Below, piece by piece: positions 1-10,426 of a DNA stretch of 64,000 bases (the first letter of the stretch is position 1; each line of letters begins with the position of its first letter). The stretch is from a candidate division WWE3 bacterium RIFOXYC1_FULL_40_10 (lineage in GTDB: Bacteria; Patescibacteriota; WWE3; UBA101185; UBA10185): positions 678,099-742,098 of the forward strand of contig MEWB01000001.1 in the NCBI GenBank assembly GCA_001773215.1, in the 5' to 3' direction. Under the pieces are notes generated by a model, which worked only from the letters and a program-made list of their open reading frames with translations, did no database searches and was not told the origin of the DNA. The position numbers and the translations under genes are program-made.

Positions 1-196
1 CACTGCTGTATCCGGTTATCACTACAACTACTTGGGATAGCTGAGGTATTAACGAACAAGTATCGAAAACTCCCTTCAAAAAAATGGGTAAGTTCTCTAC
101 TCTGGATATGTCAAGATCGGTGGAAATTGCTAGTCGCATGTTCATGTTTTTTATCTCTCTTTTAAATTAAGTAGGTTATATGATAGTGTTATTGTT

Positions 197-1849
197 GTGA
201 TTCTATCTAAAGCAAAGCACATTTACAAGGCATTCAAGCCCGAACTACTACTGTTAGCAGCTTTTTTGTTTTACGGATTTTGGCTTATTTTCAGAACCTC
301 TTTTGTCATCGACGGCATACGCTACTGGTGTTTGTTTGATGATTCCATGATATCCATGGCTTATGCCAAAAATCTCGTTTCGGGATTAGGGCTTAACTGG
401 GCAAGATTCGGCAATCCTGTTGAAGGTTATACCCACCCGCTTTGGGTACTTATTATGATAATTATTCACCTTCTCCCCTTCAAGGAAACGACAGCAAGTT
501 TACCGATACAACTAATATCCCTGTCCTTTTTGGTTCTAAATTTATATTTTGTAGGCAAAATAACTAAAAAGTATTTTGCTTCGGGTAGTAGATATGCTTA
601 TTTTCCGGCTGTAATCCTAACCGCCGCATACTTTCCTCTAAATCTTTGGGCGCTAAGAGGAATGGAAACGGGACTTCAAGCCCTGCTCGTAACTTCTTCT
701 ATCTATTACTTGCTAGCCGCAATGAAAGACCTCAAAAATAATTACATCGTTCTAGCTGTATTACAAAGCTTGGGACTATTACTTAGAATGGATATGGTTA
801 TTCTAGTTGTTGTTATAAATATTTTCTTATTCGTACATTTTTTTGGGAAAAAGAAGGAACTACTCCAATACTTGATTATCATCTTCCTACCCTCTTTGGT
901 ATATGAATTATTCAGAATCGCATATTTTCATGATATATGGCCAAACACTTACTATTTAAAAATATTCCAAATGCCTCTCATATCCCGGCTACTGAGTGGA
1001 AGCATCAGTTTTATAAATTTTATAAATATATTCCCAATTATCCTTTTATTAATTATTTATTATGTCGCAATCCATAGAAATAACGTAGCAGTGCAAGTAA
1101 TCGGATCGGTAGTAACCGGTTTTTTCTTATACTCCATATATGTCGGAGGAGACGTGTGGGAAAATGTAGGTATAGTCGCAAACAGATTTACCGCCTTTGT
1201 AATGCCCCTTATTTTTATACTTACTAATGCTTTGTTAATAGACTTCACTAATGTTAAGAACTTGGTGGGCAGATTTAAGACTCAAATTATTCTCTTTGCT
1301 ACAATTTTTTTGGTGCTGTTATTTAACTCGCTCTGGAACTTCAAAGATTTTAATATCTATTCAACTCAAGCGCAAATGTTTCTGGGTATAACAAAGCCCT
1401 ACGGGTCACCAGGGCAAAAAGAAGTAATTATACAAACACTTAACCTTAATAAATTGTTTAGTGAAAATGCTAAGGTAGCCGTAACTCAAGCGGGCGTCAC
1501 CGCTTATTTTGGAAAGTTTAAACTTATTGATCTATTTGGGTACAACGATAGCTATGTAGCTAAATTGCCCCCCGCCGCCAAGCCAGATGCTAACGACACT
1601 GGATATTTACCGGGACACTCTAAGTACGATTTCAAACACAGTGTGAAGGATTTATCGCCTGATGTTCTCATGCATTTCGATTTTTCTGAAGATATTAAAG
1701 CGCAGGTAGCCAGCTATGGATATGAGAAAATCGGACCTGTGTTTGTTAAGGCAACAACTACGGAAGCGGATCTTCAAAGATTACGACTATGCTTACTTGC
1801 AAGCATCCAATGGAATCCCCAATGCGACCTACCCCAAGCAAGCCTATAA
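197..1849 (+). CDS. Polytopic membrane protein, putative GT-C-fold glycosyltransferase with C-terminal soluble domain
   Basis: 550 aa with many hydrophobic helices in the first ~400 aa and an acidic DD motif near the N-terminal loop (FDDSMISMAYAKNL). The C-terminal ~150 aa is hydrophilic. Family assignment is by architecture only. Confidence 0.35.
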   Translation: MILSKAKHIYKAFKPELLLLAAFLFYGFWLIFRTSFVIDGIRYWCLFDDSMISMAYAKNLVSGLGLNWARFGNPVEGYTHPLWVLIMIIIHLLPFKETTASLPIQLISLSFLVLNLYFVGKITKKYFASGSRYAYFPAVILTAAYFPLNLWALRGMETGLQALLVTSSIYYLLAAMKDLKNNYIVLAVLQSLGLLLRMDMVILVVVINIFLFVHFFGKKKELLQYLIIIFLPSLVYELFRIAYFHDIWPNTYYLKIFQMPLISRLLSGSISFINFINIFPIILLLIIYYVAIHRNNVAVQVIGSVVTGFFLYSIYVGGDVWENVGIVANRFTAFVMPLIFILTNALLIDFTNVKNLVGRFKTQIILFATIFLVLLFNSLWNFKDFNIYSTQAQMFLGITKPYGSPGQKEVIIQTLNLNKLFSENAKVAVTQAGVTAYFGKFKLIDLFGYNDSYVAKLPPAAKPDANDTGYLPGHSKYDFKHSVKDLSPDVLMHFDFSEDIKAQVASYGYEKIGPVFVKATTTEADLQRLRLCLLASIQWNPQCDLPQASL

Positions 1850-1876
1850 ATCTATCCCAATTTGTGTTATAATGTC

Positions 1877-1906
1877 AGCGTTAGAACTTTAATGACGCTT
1901 TTTTTG
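1877..1906 (+). terminator. Rho-independent terminator-like hairpin after the 197..1849 gene
   Basis: agcgt, a 13-nt loop, acgct, then a run of 7 T; lies between the stop at 1849 and the RRM gene. Confidence 0.4.
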
Positions 1907-1949
1907 TACTTCTTTCATTAAAGCTATTGATGAAGGGGGTGAATCCCAT

Positions 1950-2216
1950 ATGAAAAAATTATACGTAGGTAACTTACCATTTGACTTTGATAGCCAAAAA
2001 TTGCAGGATTTGTTCGCAAAATACGGAACAGTAGAGTCAGCAATAATAATCAAAGACAGAGATACTGGACGATCAAAAGGATTTGGATTTGTCGAAATCG
2101 ACAATGAAGGAGCAAAAAAATCAATTGACGAACTTAACAACAAAGAAATTAACGGCAGACCGTTAAGAGTAAACGAAGCCAAACCAATGGAAGAAAGACG
2201 ACCTTTTAGAAGATAA
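1950..2216 (+). CDS. RNA-binding protein with a single RRM domain
   Basis: RNP-2 (LYVGNLPF) and RNP-1 (KGFGFVEI) motifs in an 88-aa protein with a basic tail. A GGGGGTG Shine-Dalgarno site sits 8 nt upstream of the ATG. Confidence 0.85.
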   Translation: MKKLYVGNLPFDFDSQKLQDLFAKYGTVESAIIIKDRDTGRSKGFGFVEIDNEGAKKSIDELNNKEINGRPLRVNEAKPMEERRPFRR

Positions 2217-2249
2217 ATTTTAGGTTTGTGGTGAAAGAGAACAATATAT

Positions 2250-2837
2250 ATGGCATTGAAAATAGACGATTTGATAATAAAGTTGGCAAATACGATAACA
2301 GACGACACACTGTTTAACCCTTATAATCAGATCTGCAAAGATTTTGATATAAGCACAGGCCCGGGGGTACGCCAGGGTAATCTGCGTATCTACTTAGAAA
2401 AACATCTAGATTCTAGAACTGACACAATATGGATATTTGATACAGCGGGCTATCATAGCTCAAAGTTAACGGGAGTACCTTTAGTGGGACCCTCTAACTA
2501 CAGTAAAGTGGAAGAGACCTTAGGGTTGGAAAACCGCTTTGAAAACGCTAATAAAAATGGTGCTGTATCAAGTTCCGCAGAAGAATCAACAAAGTTGTGG
2601 GAAACGCTTTCAAAAAAACATAATCCCCCGCTTGTTTGGAATCTTCTCCCATTTTACCCTCATCAAGCTAACGAGATTTCTGTAAAAAGAACTCCCGAAA
2701 AAGAAGAATACTTAAAATACGCTGAATTTACTCATTTGGTGTTGGAAATATTTGGGCTTAAAAAGATTGTAGCAATGGGACACAGAGCCCAAAAAGCTTT
2801 GGATCTGATACACATTAAATCCGAATTGCATATATAA
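2250..2837 (+). CDS. Uracil-DNA glycosylase superfamily-like protein
   Basis: 195 aa with a GPG...R loop, a later MGHRAQKAL segment and a size typical of the UDG-like fold. The assignment is weak. Confidence 0.3.
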   Translation: MALKIDDLIIKLANTITDDTLFNPYNQICKDFDISTGPGVRQGNLRIYLEKHLDSRTDTIWIFDTAGYHSSKLTGVPLVGPSNYSKVEETLGLENRFENANKNGAVSSSAEESTKLWETLSKKHNPPLVWNLLPFYPHQANEISVKRTPEKEEYLKYAEFTHLVLEIFGLKKIVAMGHRAQKALDLIHIKSELHI

Positions 2838-2844
2838 TAAATCA

Positions 2845-5385
2845 ATGCTCGATGCCCAAATTGTGAATCAAAAACTGGAGTCTTTTGCGACACTTCAAAA
2901 CTCTGAGCTGTTTACCAAACTAGAAACATCCGAAAAAGGCTTGATTCAAGCCGAGGCTGAAACCAGAATCAAAATTTACGGTAGGAACGTTATTAAAGAT
3001 AGACCTAAACTTCATGCACTCATTCAGTTCATTTCAAACTTCAAAAATCCACTAGTAATAATTCTTTTAGTGGTTTCCACAATCTCGTTTGTAACCGGCG
3101 AAACTGTAAATGGCTCCCTAGTTGCTGGTATGGTACTAATGAGTGTCACATTCAACTTCTGGCAGGAGTACAAAGCCAACACCGAAACTGACAAACTAAA
3201 AGCCGGAATCGCCAGTATATCCTCTGTAATTCGAGGTGGCAGCAGAGTTGAAATCAGTACATCAGAACTTTGTTTAGGAGATATCTTGGTGTTTAACGCA
3301 GGTGATCTTGTACCTGGGGAATGCAGAATTCTATCGAGCAAGGACCTTTATATAAACCAATCAGCGTTAACCGGGGAATCATTTCCCGCCGAGAAGCACG
3401 CAACTCCTATTAAAATAGGAGATTCCGAAATAGCAAAAATGACCAATATACTCTTCCAAGGCACAAGTGTGATTTCAGGAACTGCATTGGCAGTTGTGCT
3501 TAAAACAGGTACCAAAACCGAGTTCGGGAAAATAGCAGAATCTTTGGCACAAAACGACAGCGAAAACGAGTTTACAAAGGGAATCGGTAACTTCAGTATG
3601 TTAACAATGAAAGTTGTAATATTTTTCGTGCTGTTTATCTTTTTTGTAAACGCCTTGCTCAAGCAAAATATCATCGAAGCCCTCATGTTCTCAGTAGCTG
3701 TGGCCGTGGGATTAACCCCTGAATTTCTACCTATGATAATGTCGGTAACAATGGCGAAAGGGTCAATGATGATGTCTAAGAAAGGGGTCATTGTAAAAAA
3801 GCTCTCGGCTATACCTACCTTTGGAAGTATGGATATATTGTGTACTGATAAAACCGGAACATTAACTCAGGACAAAATAAGACTAGTTAAATACATCGAT
3901 ACTCGAGGAGAGTATTCGGAAAAAGTGTTTTCTTTTTCCTATTTAAACAGTTATTTCCAAACCGGCATTTCCAACCCGATGGATCAGGCAGTAATCGACT
4001 TCAAGAAAGTTGATGTGTCTTCCTATTCTAAAATTGATGAAATTCCCTTTGATTTTAACCGCAAAAGAATGTCAGTTATTGTTGGTGACAACACCAACAG
4101 CCATTACTTGATAACAAAAGGCGCTCCCGAGGAAGTTTTAGGTTGTTGTAAGCTTTCACCTACTGAAGATCATCCCGGACTACTTGATAAATACCTAGAA
4201 CTGAGTAACGAGGGATATAGGGTTTTAGCTGTAGCCACAAAAATACTTCCAAACACCAAAAAAGTGTATGAGGCTGAAGACGAATATGATCTTGAACTTA
4301 TCGGTTATATTGCCTTTTTAGACCCACCCAAGGAAGATGCCCTAGACGCAATAAACAAATTGGAAGAGATGGGCATAGAAATTAAAATAATAACCGGGGA
4401 CAACGAACTTGTTGCTAAAAGAATATGTAAAGAAGTCGGAGTGAATATAAAAGGCGTGTTACTGGGACACGAACTAAGAGGCCTTACCCACGAAGAACTA
4501 TTACACAAAGTAGAAAACCTGACTATCTTTGCCAGATTTTCCCCCGATGATAAGAATCGGGTCATTAAGGCAATAAAAGAGAATAAACATGTGGTCGGTT
4601 ATATGGGAGATGGAATAAATGACTCCCCCTCTTTAAAATCGGCCGACGTGGGAATTTCGGTATCAAACTCTGTAGATGTAGCCAAAGAATCGGCTGACAT
4701 TGTACTAACTCGAAAGAGCTTACACCTGCTAGCAGATGGCGTAGTAGAAGGGAGAAAAACATACGCCAACACCATGAAGTACATAATGATGGGATTGAGC
4801 TCAAACTTTGGAAATATGTTCAGTGTTTTGGGAGCTGTGATATTTCTACCTTTCTTACCTATGCTTCCCATTCAGATACTACTAAACAATTTCCTCTACG
4901 ACATCTCTCAAATTACTATTCCCACCGACAATGTAGATAGTGAGTACATTAAAAAACCTCGTAGATGGAATATGAAATTCATTAGAAATTTCATGTTCGT
5001 TTTTGGACCAATTAGCTCCTTATACGATTATGTATCTTATTTTGCACTTTACACTCTGTTCAGCTCCCAACCCGGGAACTTCCAAACAGGGTGGTTTTTA
5101 GAGTCGCTAGCTACACAAACTCTGGTTATACATGTTATCAGAACAAGGAAGATCCCCTTTATCCAAAGCAGGCCGAGCAAGTTTTTGCTACTTTCAACAC
5201 TTACAGGTGTATCTATTGGCTGGCTTATTCCGCATACAAAATTAGGCGCGTTTTTTGGATTTAGCCCGCTACAACCTCAAGTTTTGCTACTGATTGCAGG
5301 AATTGTACTCACGTATCTTATAACTGTTGAGTTGGCAAAGCAGTTGTTCTTCAGGAGATTTAAAGAGCAGCTGAATTATAATTAA
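2845..5385 (+). CDS. mgtA: Magnesium-importing P-type ATPase, MgtA-type
   Basis: 846 aa. Phosphorylation motif ICTDKTGTLTQDKI (MgtA-like CxDKTGTLTQ), TGDN hinge motif, GDGINDSPSLKSADVGISV, 10 predicted TM helices. Confidence 0.85.
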   Translation: MLDAQIVNQKLESFATLQNSELFTKLETSEKGLIQAEAETRIKIYGRNVIKDRPKLHALIQFISNFKNPLVIILLVVSTISFVTGETVNGSLVAGMVLMSVTFNFWQEYKANTETDKLKAGIASISSVIRGGSRVEISTSELCLGDILVFNAGDLVPGECRILSSKDLYINQSALTGESFPAEKHATPIKIGDSEIAKMTNILFQGTSVISGTALAVVLKTGTKTEFGKIAESLAQNDSENEFTKGIGNFSMLTMKVVIFFVLFIFFVNALLKQNIIEALMFSVAVAVGLTPEFLPMIMSVTMAKGSMMMSKKGVIVKKLSAIPTFGSMDILCTDKTGTLTQDKIRLVKYIDTRGEYSEKVFSFSYLNSYFQTGISNPMDQAVIDFKKVDVSSYSKIDEIPFDFNRKRMSVIVGDNTNSHYLITKGAPEEVLGCCKLSPTEDHPGLLDKYLELSNEGYRVLAVATKILPNTKKVYEAEDEYDLELIGYIAFLDPPKEDALDAINKLEEMGIEIKIITGDNELVAKRICKEVGVNIKGVLLGHELRGLTHEELLHKVENLTIFARFSPDDKNRVIKAIKENKHVVGYMGDGINDSPSLKSADVGISVSNSVDVAKESADIVLTRKSLHLLADGVVEGRKTYANTMKYIMMGLSSNFGNMFSVLGAVIFLPFLPMLPIQILLNNFLYDISQITIPTDNVDSEYIKKPRRWNMKFIRNFMFVFGPISSLYDYVSYFALYTLFSSQPGNFQTGWFLESLATQTLVIHVIRTRKIPFIQSRPSKFLLLSTLTGVSIGWLIPHTKLGAFFGFSPLQPQVLLLIAGIVLTYLITVELAKQLFFRRFKEQLNYN

Positions 5386-5774
5386 CTTACATACTTCGAA
5401 ATAGTATCAACCAGGTCATCCAAACTGTGTTCTACCTTAAGGAAACACTCTTTTGCCCCCAATTTCATTACTCGCTCAATTTTTTCGGGCTCGTATGAGT
5501 TGGAAACAACAACTACAGGTATTTCCGCCAACTCCCCATATTTGGTGAGCTCCTCCAAAAAGGCACCCCCATCAATATCAGGAAGATTATAATCAAGCCA
5601 AATGATATTAGGTATAATTCTGTCGAGGTTACTGGAGCTTAGATATGCCAAAGCTGGCACACCCCTATTGAATGAGAGCGGTTTTACTTGGTTTAGCTCC
5701 ACTTTTTTGCAAAGCGCATCCAGTAGAACCTGTTCTTCCTCTACAATCATTACAACGATAAGGTCATTTCTCAT
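5382..5774 (-). CDS. Stand-alone response regulator receiver domain (CheY-like)
   Basis: 130 aa. N-terminal acidic pair (VEEEQ), phospho-acceptor-like D in [13 protein letters not shown], conserved T/S and K positions (VVVVSNS...K). No output domain. Confidence 0.6.
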   Translation of the reverse strand: MRNDLIVVMIVEEEQVLLDALCKKVELNQVKPLSFNRGVPALAYLSSSNLDRIIPNIIWLDYNLPDIDGGAFLEELTKYGELAEIPVVVVSNSYEPEKIERVMKLGAKECFLKVEHSLDDLVDTISKYVS

Positions 5775-6723
5775 AAGAAAGTACCGACTTAAAATAGTCT
5801 ATGGTCGATCTAAGACCCTCTTTGAGCTGTTTTTGAGGTTCCCAATTTAACACCTCTCTGGCTAAGCTTATATCAGGTTTTCTTTTCTGGGGATCATCCT
5901 GAGGTAAGTCTTTAAAAATCAATCCGGACTTGTTCCCTGTCAATTCAACTACTAGGTCAGCCAATTCCTTTATTGTAAATTCATTAGGATTGCCGATATT
6001 TACAGGTCCTGTAAAGTTATCAGTATTCATCAAAGTATATATTCCCCTAATTAGGTCATCTACATAACAAAATGATCTTGTTTGCTCCCCCTGGCCGTAA
6101 ATTGTTATCGGGTTACCCTGCAAGGCTTGGATAATAAAGTTAGATACAACTCTACCATCGTTAATTGCCATCCTGGGGCCATACGTGTTGAATATTCTCA
6201 CAATTCTGATATCTACTTTATGATTTCTGTGGTAATCAAAAAATAATGTCTCCGCCACTCGTTTTCCTTCGTCGTAACAGGCCCTCGGACCAATGGTATT
6301 TACATTCCCTCTGTAATTCTCCTTTTGCGGATGTTCCAACGGATCACCGTAGACTTCAGAGGTAGATGCTTGAAAAATTCGCGCCTTATGTTTTTTGGCG
6401 ATTCCCAACATGTTGATTACTCCAATAGTATTGGCTTTAACTGTCCTTACCGGATTAAGTTGGTAATGGATAGGGGATGCTGGACAAGCTAAGTTATATA
6501 TTTGGTCAATTATCACATCATCCAAATACAAAGGATCTATTATATCGTGGTTTATGAATTTAAAATCTCCGTTTTCAAAAAGGTGTTTAATGTTCTCTTT
6601 ACTACCTGTAAACAAATTATCAATACAGATTACCTTTTCATTTTTAGCTAACAAGTAATCACAAAGGTGACTACCCAAAAAACCGGCGCCTCCAGTTACC
6701 AGTACTGTTTTCATAATAGACAA
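5764..6723 (-). CDS. UDP-glucuronate decarboxylase (UDP-xylose synthase), short-chain dehydrogenase/reductase family
   Basis: [10 protein letters not shown] Rossmann motif, a YxxxK catalytic pair (YDEGKR), and overall UXS-like layout and length (319 aa). Confidence 0.75.
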   Translation of the reverse strand: MSIMKTVLVTGGAGFLGSHLCDYLLAKNEKVICIDNLFTGSKENIKHLFENGDFKFINHDIIDPLYLDDVIIDQIYNLACPASPIHYQLNPVRTVKANTIGVINMLGIAKKHKARIFQASTSEVYGDPLEHPQKENYRGNVNTIGPRACYDEGKRVAETLFFDYHRNHKVDIRIVRIFNTYGPRMAINDGRVVSNFIIQALQGNPITIYGQGEQTRSFCYVDDLIRGIYTLMNTDNFTGPVNIGNPNEFTIKELADLVVELTGNKSGLIFKDLPQDDPQKRKPDISLAREVLNWEPQKQLKEGLRSTIDYFKSVLSYEK

Positions 6724-6776
6724 ATAATACAGTATTAGTGTTTGTACATAAAGGAATTAGCTATTAAACTGATGAT

Positions 6777-8789
6777 ATGACTTCGGAATTCAAAAAGGCC
6801 CTATTCATATCCTTAATCACCTACTTAGTCTTTTTCTATAAGCTACTAAACCCTAACTTACTAGTAGGGGGAAACGACAGTGAGAGTTTTTTTTACCCTT
6901 CACGCTCCTATCTCCACGAAGCTTTGACAGTTGATCATAGATTTCCGTTTTGGACAGAAAGGATCTTTTTAGGCTTTCCCATATTTGCTGATCCCGAGCG
7001 AAGTTTTTTAAATCCGGTGAATATTTTGGCTACATTGGTTTTAGGCCCGTTTCAATCATTTAAATTTCTTCACCTCGTATTTTATCTGTTGGGATCTCTG
7101 GGGTTATGGGGATTTATAAAAAAAAGAGGTTATAACCTGGCCGGTTATGCCGTGGCCAATATCATCTACTTTTTTTCCTTTTTTCACTTATTCCACCAAC
7201 AACATCAGAGCCTTATTCTTACCACCTATACAATACCTCTTAGTTTGTATCTATCAGACAGTTATTTTAACTTACAGAATAAAAAGTATTTCTTGATCCT
7301 AATTTGTCTGCTGGCTATTCTGGTTTACTTTGGATCATTTCAATCGATAGTTTTGTTGCTTATTGCAAACTTGGCTTTTGTTATAACAAACTGCTCCTTT
7401 AATAGGATTAACCTAAAACATATTATGGCGGGTGCTATCCTTTTGATATCCCTAACCTTACCCCTAATTCTTCCTGCCTACTCTTTGTATAAGCAAAGCG
7501 CACGTATTAATAACACTGAGTTTGCTCAAGGTTCCTATACACCATTGATGCTAATAAACGGAGTATATCCGTTTTATTTCGATTCCGGCCCAAATTACAA
7601 AGGACTTATGATTAGCGAAGACTTTCTAATACACGAAACTTATTTTTATTTTGGAATCTCTTCCATTTTTCTTGCCATCGGGGGTATGGCTATTAAGCAT
7701 AAAGACAAAATTCCAATTTACTGCGGCGTGCTAACTGTGATTTTTCTATTTTTGGGACTAGTTGCATTTGTTCCATTCCTAAATACTCTGAATATCCCTG
7801 TAATCTCATTATTTAGATATTGGGGGCGTTCCGTAGTTCTGCTCGTATTAGCAATCGCACTTTTAGCAGGTAAATTTATATCTCAGGAAAAACCTCAACT
7901 CCACCTTTCGCAACTAAAAAGGCCTGTGCTGTTTACCTTTGCCTATTTAGGTATTCTCGAAGTTGCCAACTATGGTAATGACCTGACGAAAAATATTATT
8001 CTACTTACTATCCACAAAGTTTTGCCTATAGATTTTAATTTTCTTCTTTATGTTTCCGTTTTCTTTATACTGGCTTTTTCTCTGTTCTTATACAAAAGTG
8101 ATAAGTTAAGCTGGGTAGGGGTTAAAAAGGTTTTTCTAGTATTCTTATTTTTGGATTTACTATTTTTCGGAAAAAATGTATTAAACGGTTACCTGGAAAA
8201 CAAAAAAGATATTATTGATAGGCATATTGAAAGGGTTGGTGTACTGAATCAATTTCCCAACAAGCGAGTTTTACCTTTGAACGGAAGTACTTCCGGAAAT
8301 TTGGGTTTATATTCCAAAAGCTGGGGAATTTTTGGTTACAGCCAGTTAGTTCCCAAAAATACCTTACATTTGTTAGAAGTTGCCGGTATCGATAATTCAA
8401 AAGCATGGTCAAGTGATGTTATTCCTCCAAACATGGAAGCTCTTGGAATTTCCTATGTACTAGATAAGGACACAATCCTTCAACAGCGTGGACGTATCAT
8501 AGACCCCGAGGTAGGTAATCTGAAGATTGCTGAAGGCTCGCTTGAGGCAACAACAGACTATCCGACAGCAACCATCCTGGAAACAAGGATAAAAGCCGAC
8601 GCCGGTTGGAAAGTTTATATAGATAATAATACTGCAGTAGCTGAAAGAGATTCCTACATAAACATCCCAGTCCCTGCAGGTATACATAAGGTAACGCTCA
8701 AATATACTCCCACCCTGTTTTATTACGGGCTCATAATCGGTATCATTGGATCGCTCCTATCACTTAGATATCTATTAAAGGAGTCGTAA
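6777..8789 (+). CDS. YfhO-like polytopic membrane protein (putative glycosyltransferase)
   Basis: 670 aa with ~13 TM helices, then a ~200-aa extracytoplasmic domain and a final C-terminal TM helix. This is the YfhO family architecture. Confidence 0.4.
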   Translation: MTSEFKKALFISLITYLVFFYKLLNPNLLVGGNDSESFFYPSRSYLHEALTVDHRFPFWTERIFLGFPIFADPERSFLNPVNILATLVLGPFQSFKFLHLVFYLLGSLGLWGFIKKRGYNLAGYAVANIIYFFSFFHLFHQQHQSLILTTYTIPLSLYLSDSYFNLQNKKYFLILICLLAILVYFGSFQSIVLLLIANLAFVITNCSFNRINLKHIMAGAILLISLTLPLILPAYSLYKQSARINNTEFAQGSYTPLMLINGVYPFYFDSGPNYKGLMISEDFLIHETYFYFGISSIFLAIGGMAIKHKDKIPIYCGVLTVIFLFLGLVAFVPFLNTLNIPVISLFRYWGRSVVLLVLAIALLAGKFISQEKPQLHLSQLKRPVLFTFAYLGILEVANYGNDLTKNIILLTIHKVLPIDFNFLLYVSVFFILAFSLFLYKSDKLSWVGVKKVFLVFLFLDLLFFGKNVLNGYLENKKDIIDRHIERVGVLNQFPNKRVLPLNGSTSGNLGLYSKSWGIFGYSQLVPKNTLHLLEVAGIDNSKAWSSDVIPPNMEALGISYVLDKDTILQQRGRIIDPEVGNLKIAEGSLEATTDYPTATILETRIKADAGWKVYIDNNTAVAERDSYINIPVPAGIHKVTLKYTPTLFYYGLIIGIIGSLLSLRYLLKES

Positions 8790-8811
8790 TCGTTGTCTTC
8801 TCCACTATAGG

Positions 8812-8840
8812 TTGATGGTGAGACTTGCTTTTGCTATAAT
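8812..8840 (+). promoter_or_regulatory. Sigma70-like promoter (TTGATG, 17 nt, TATAAT) for the GC-rich gene at 8919
   Basis: -35 TTGATG at 8812-8817, a 17-nt spacer, and a perfect -10 TATAAT at 8835-8840. An AAGGAG RBS at 8905-8910 lies 8 nt before the ATG at 8919. Confidence 0.45.
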
Positions 8841-8918
8841 GCCATCATTAATCACCTAAACCCGGCCAAATCAGCTGGGATCCTATTGCTCGGGCGTAAT
8901 GCCCAAGGAGATGACGAG

Positions 8919-9602
8919 ATGTCAAGCAATACAAGAAAACGAATCGTAGATATTCAAAGGTCGGATCATGAGTTAATCGAGCTTGCCCTGATGGCGGTTG
9001 CCCAGGTAGTTAGCCCTGAGATGCAAGTTGAACTCAATAGCAACCCAACGATAAAAATTAAAGTGGGGAAGCGAAATCCGGATCCATTTGCAGATGATCC
9101 GGAAATCCGCCAGGATATGGCAGAGCTGAGTATCAACGGTTACAAAGTCGAGATAAGATACACCCTCGACCCTGCTAAAGGCCTTTGCGGACCGGCACCA
9201 CGTATCATCGATGAGATACGAGTAAAAGAGTCCGCGAACCGAGGGATGGGCACAGGAGACTACATTTTGCCATTTGGGGATGTCATAGGCCACCTCCTAT
9301 TGAGCTACACCACTTCCTATGACTACCTGATCAATCAGTGCCTGGTTACGACGTTAGGGTGGAAAGAGGGTAGTGTAGTAAATTACTATCGTCAAGCCAT
9401 CCCCTCGATATGTCTACTCGGGGACAGAGTTTTCTCTTTAAGGTATCGCATCTTGAAATCGAAGAGCCCAATATCTTGGGTACGGCTAGATCTGGACTTC
9501 GACGGTCGGTGCCAGGGTATTGTGTTATTCCACCCGGATAGAACCAAGAAGGCCTTCTCAGTCACCACGGGTTGTTTACTGGGAGATCCTATCGGGTCGT
9601 GA
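8919..9602 (+). CDS. Hypothetical protein encoded in a GC-elevated islet
   Basis: The ORF track starts at a TTG at 8886. The ATG at 8919 has a canonical AAGGAG RBS. It has its own promoter and a strong terminator. Local GC is about 45-50% versus about 35% in the flanks. No family recognised. Confidence 0.5.
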   Translation: MSSNTRKRIVDIQRSDHELIELALMAVAQVVSPEMQVELNSNPTIKIKVGKRNPDPFADDPEIRQDMAELSINGYKVEIRYTLDPAKGLCGPAPRIIDEIRVKESANRGMGTGDYILPFGDVIGHLLLSYTTSYDYLINQCLVTTLGWKEGSVVNYYRQAIPSICLLGDRVFSLRYRILKSKSPISWVRLDLDFDGRCQGIVLFHPDRTKKAFSVTTGCLLGDPIGS

Positions 9603-9610
9603 TTGCCGTG

Positions 9611-9647
9611 CAGGGCTGATTACAATTCAATCAGCCCTGTTTTTTTT
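9611..9647 (+). terminator. Rho-independent terminator
   Basis: Perfect 11-bp stem (cagggctgatt / aatcagccctg), 7-nt loop, then a run of 8 T. Confidence 0.75.
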
Positions 9648-9673
9648 GTGCCTAAATATGTTACCCTTACCCC

Positions 9674-10426
9674 ATGAACTCTAAAGAACAACTGGAAATG
9701 TCTTTTTTTGAAACTGAATACTGGTGGCATAAAGGCAAAAAATACCTCATTGAACACTTGCTTAACAAATTCTTTTCAAAAGATAGACATGGGAAACTAA
9801 AGATATTTGAGATAGGGTGCGGAACCGGAGAAATATCGAAAATGCTCCAGAAATACGGGACTGTTTCAGGATTGGATATCTCGGAAACAGCGGCTGATGA
9901 ATATGAAAGAAAATGCGGAATTCGGCCTTTGATCGGTGATATAAATGAGCTAAACCTTGAAAGCTTAAAAAATAGCTTCGATCTAATTCTGGCACTCGAT
10001 GTTTTAGAGCATGTTCAAGATGATATAAAAGCCATGGAACGTGTGAAATTTTTATTAAAAAAAGATGGCGTGTTTTTTATAAACGTGCCGGCATATAAAT
10101 TTATTTGGAGCGAACACGATGAGGCCCTGCAACACAAAAGAAGATATTCAACTTACGAACTAACAGAAAAACTTAAGCGTGCCGGGTTTAACATTGAACT
10201 AAATTCCCATTTTGTTTGTATGTCATTTCCGTTAATTGCATTTTATCGAGTGTGGGGCAACTTTTTTGGAAAATCGGCATTTCCAAAAACTACCTATATA
10301 AAACTGCCTAAAAAGCTGAATACCATAATGTATAAAATGCTTCAGGTTGAAACTAAGCTACTTACAAAATTTCGCTTACCTCTAGGATCAACCATCACAG
10401 TAGTAGCAAAACAATCTTCTGTGTAA
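9674..10426 (+). CDS. Class I SAM-dependent methyltransferase
   Basis: Motif I FEIGCGTGEISKML and motif II (LILALDVLEHV). Confidence 0.7.
   Translation: MNSKEQLEMSFFETEYWWHKGKKYLIEHLLNKFFSKDRHGKLKIFEIGCGTGEISKMLQKYGTVSGLDISETAADEYERKCGIRPLIGDINELNLESLKNSFDLILALDVLEHVQDDIKAMERVKFLLKKDGVFFINVPAYKFIWSEHDEALQHKRRYSTYELTEKLKRAGFNIELNSHFVCMSFPLIAFYRVWGNFFGKSAFPKTTYIKLPKKLNTIMYKMLQVETKLLTKFRLPLGSTITVVAKQSSV

Noticed and set aside
1865-1873. Extended -10 (TGtTATAAT) upstream of the RRM protein gene as a promoter
   Set aside because: It lies 4 nt before a terminator hairpin (1877..1906) that would stop transcripts initiated there, and no -35 is evident. Treated as coincidental AT-rich sequence.
3024-4871. 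Several minus-strand ORF-track entries inside mgtA (105, 147, 86, 79, 90 aa)
   Set aside because: They are entirely contained within the well-supported P-type ATPase gene on the opposite strand and have no motifs or RBS. They are typical antisense shadow ORFs. The same logic applies to short ORFs nested in alaS, the VirB4-like gene, the giant Cys-rich gene and others.
5382-5774. A two-component system regulating mgtA
   Set aside because: Only a stand-alone receiver domain is present, convergent with mgtA. No histidine kinase or DNA-binding output domain is in the window, so a regulatory link is speculation.
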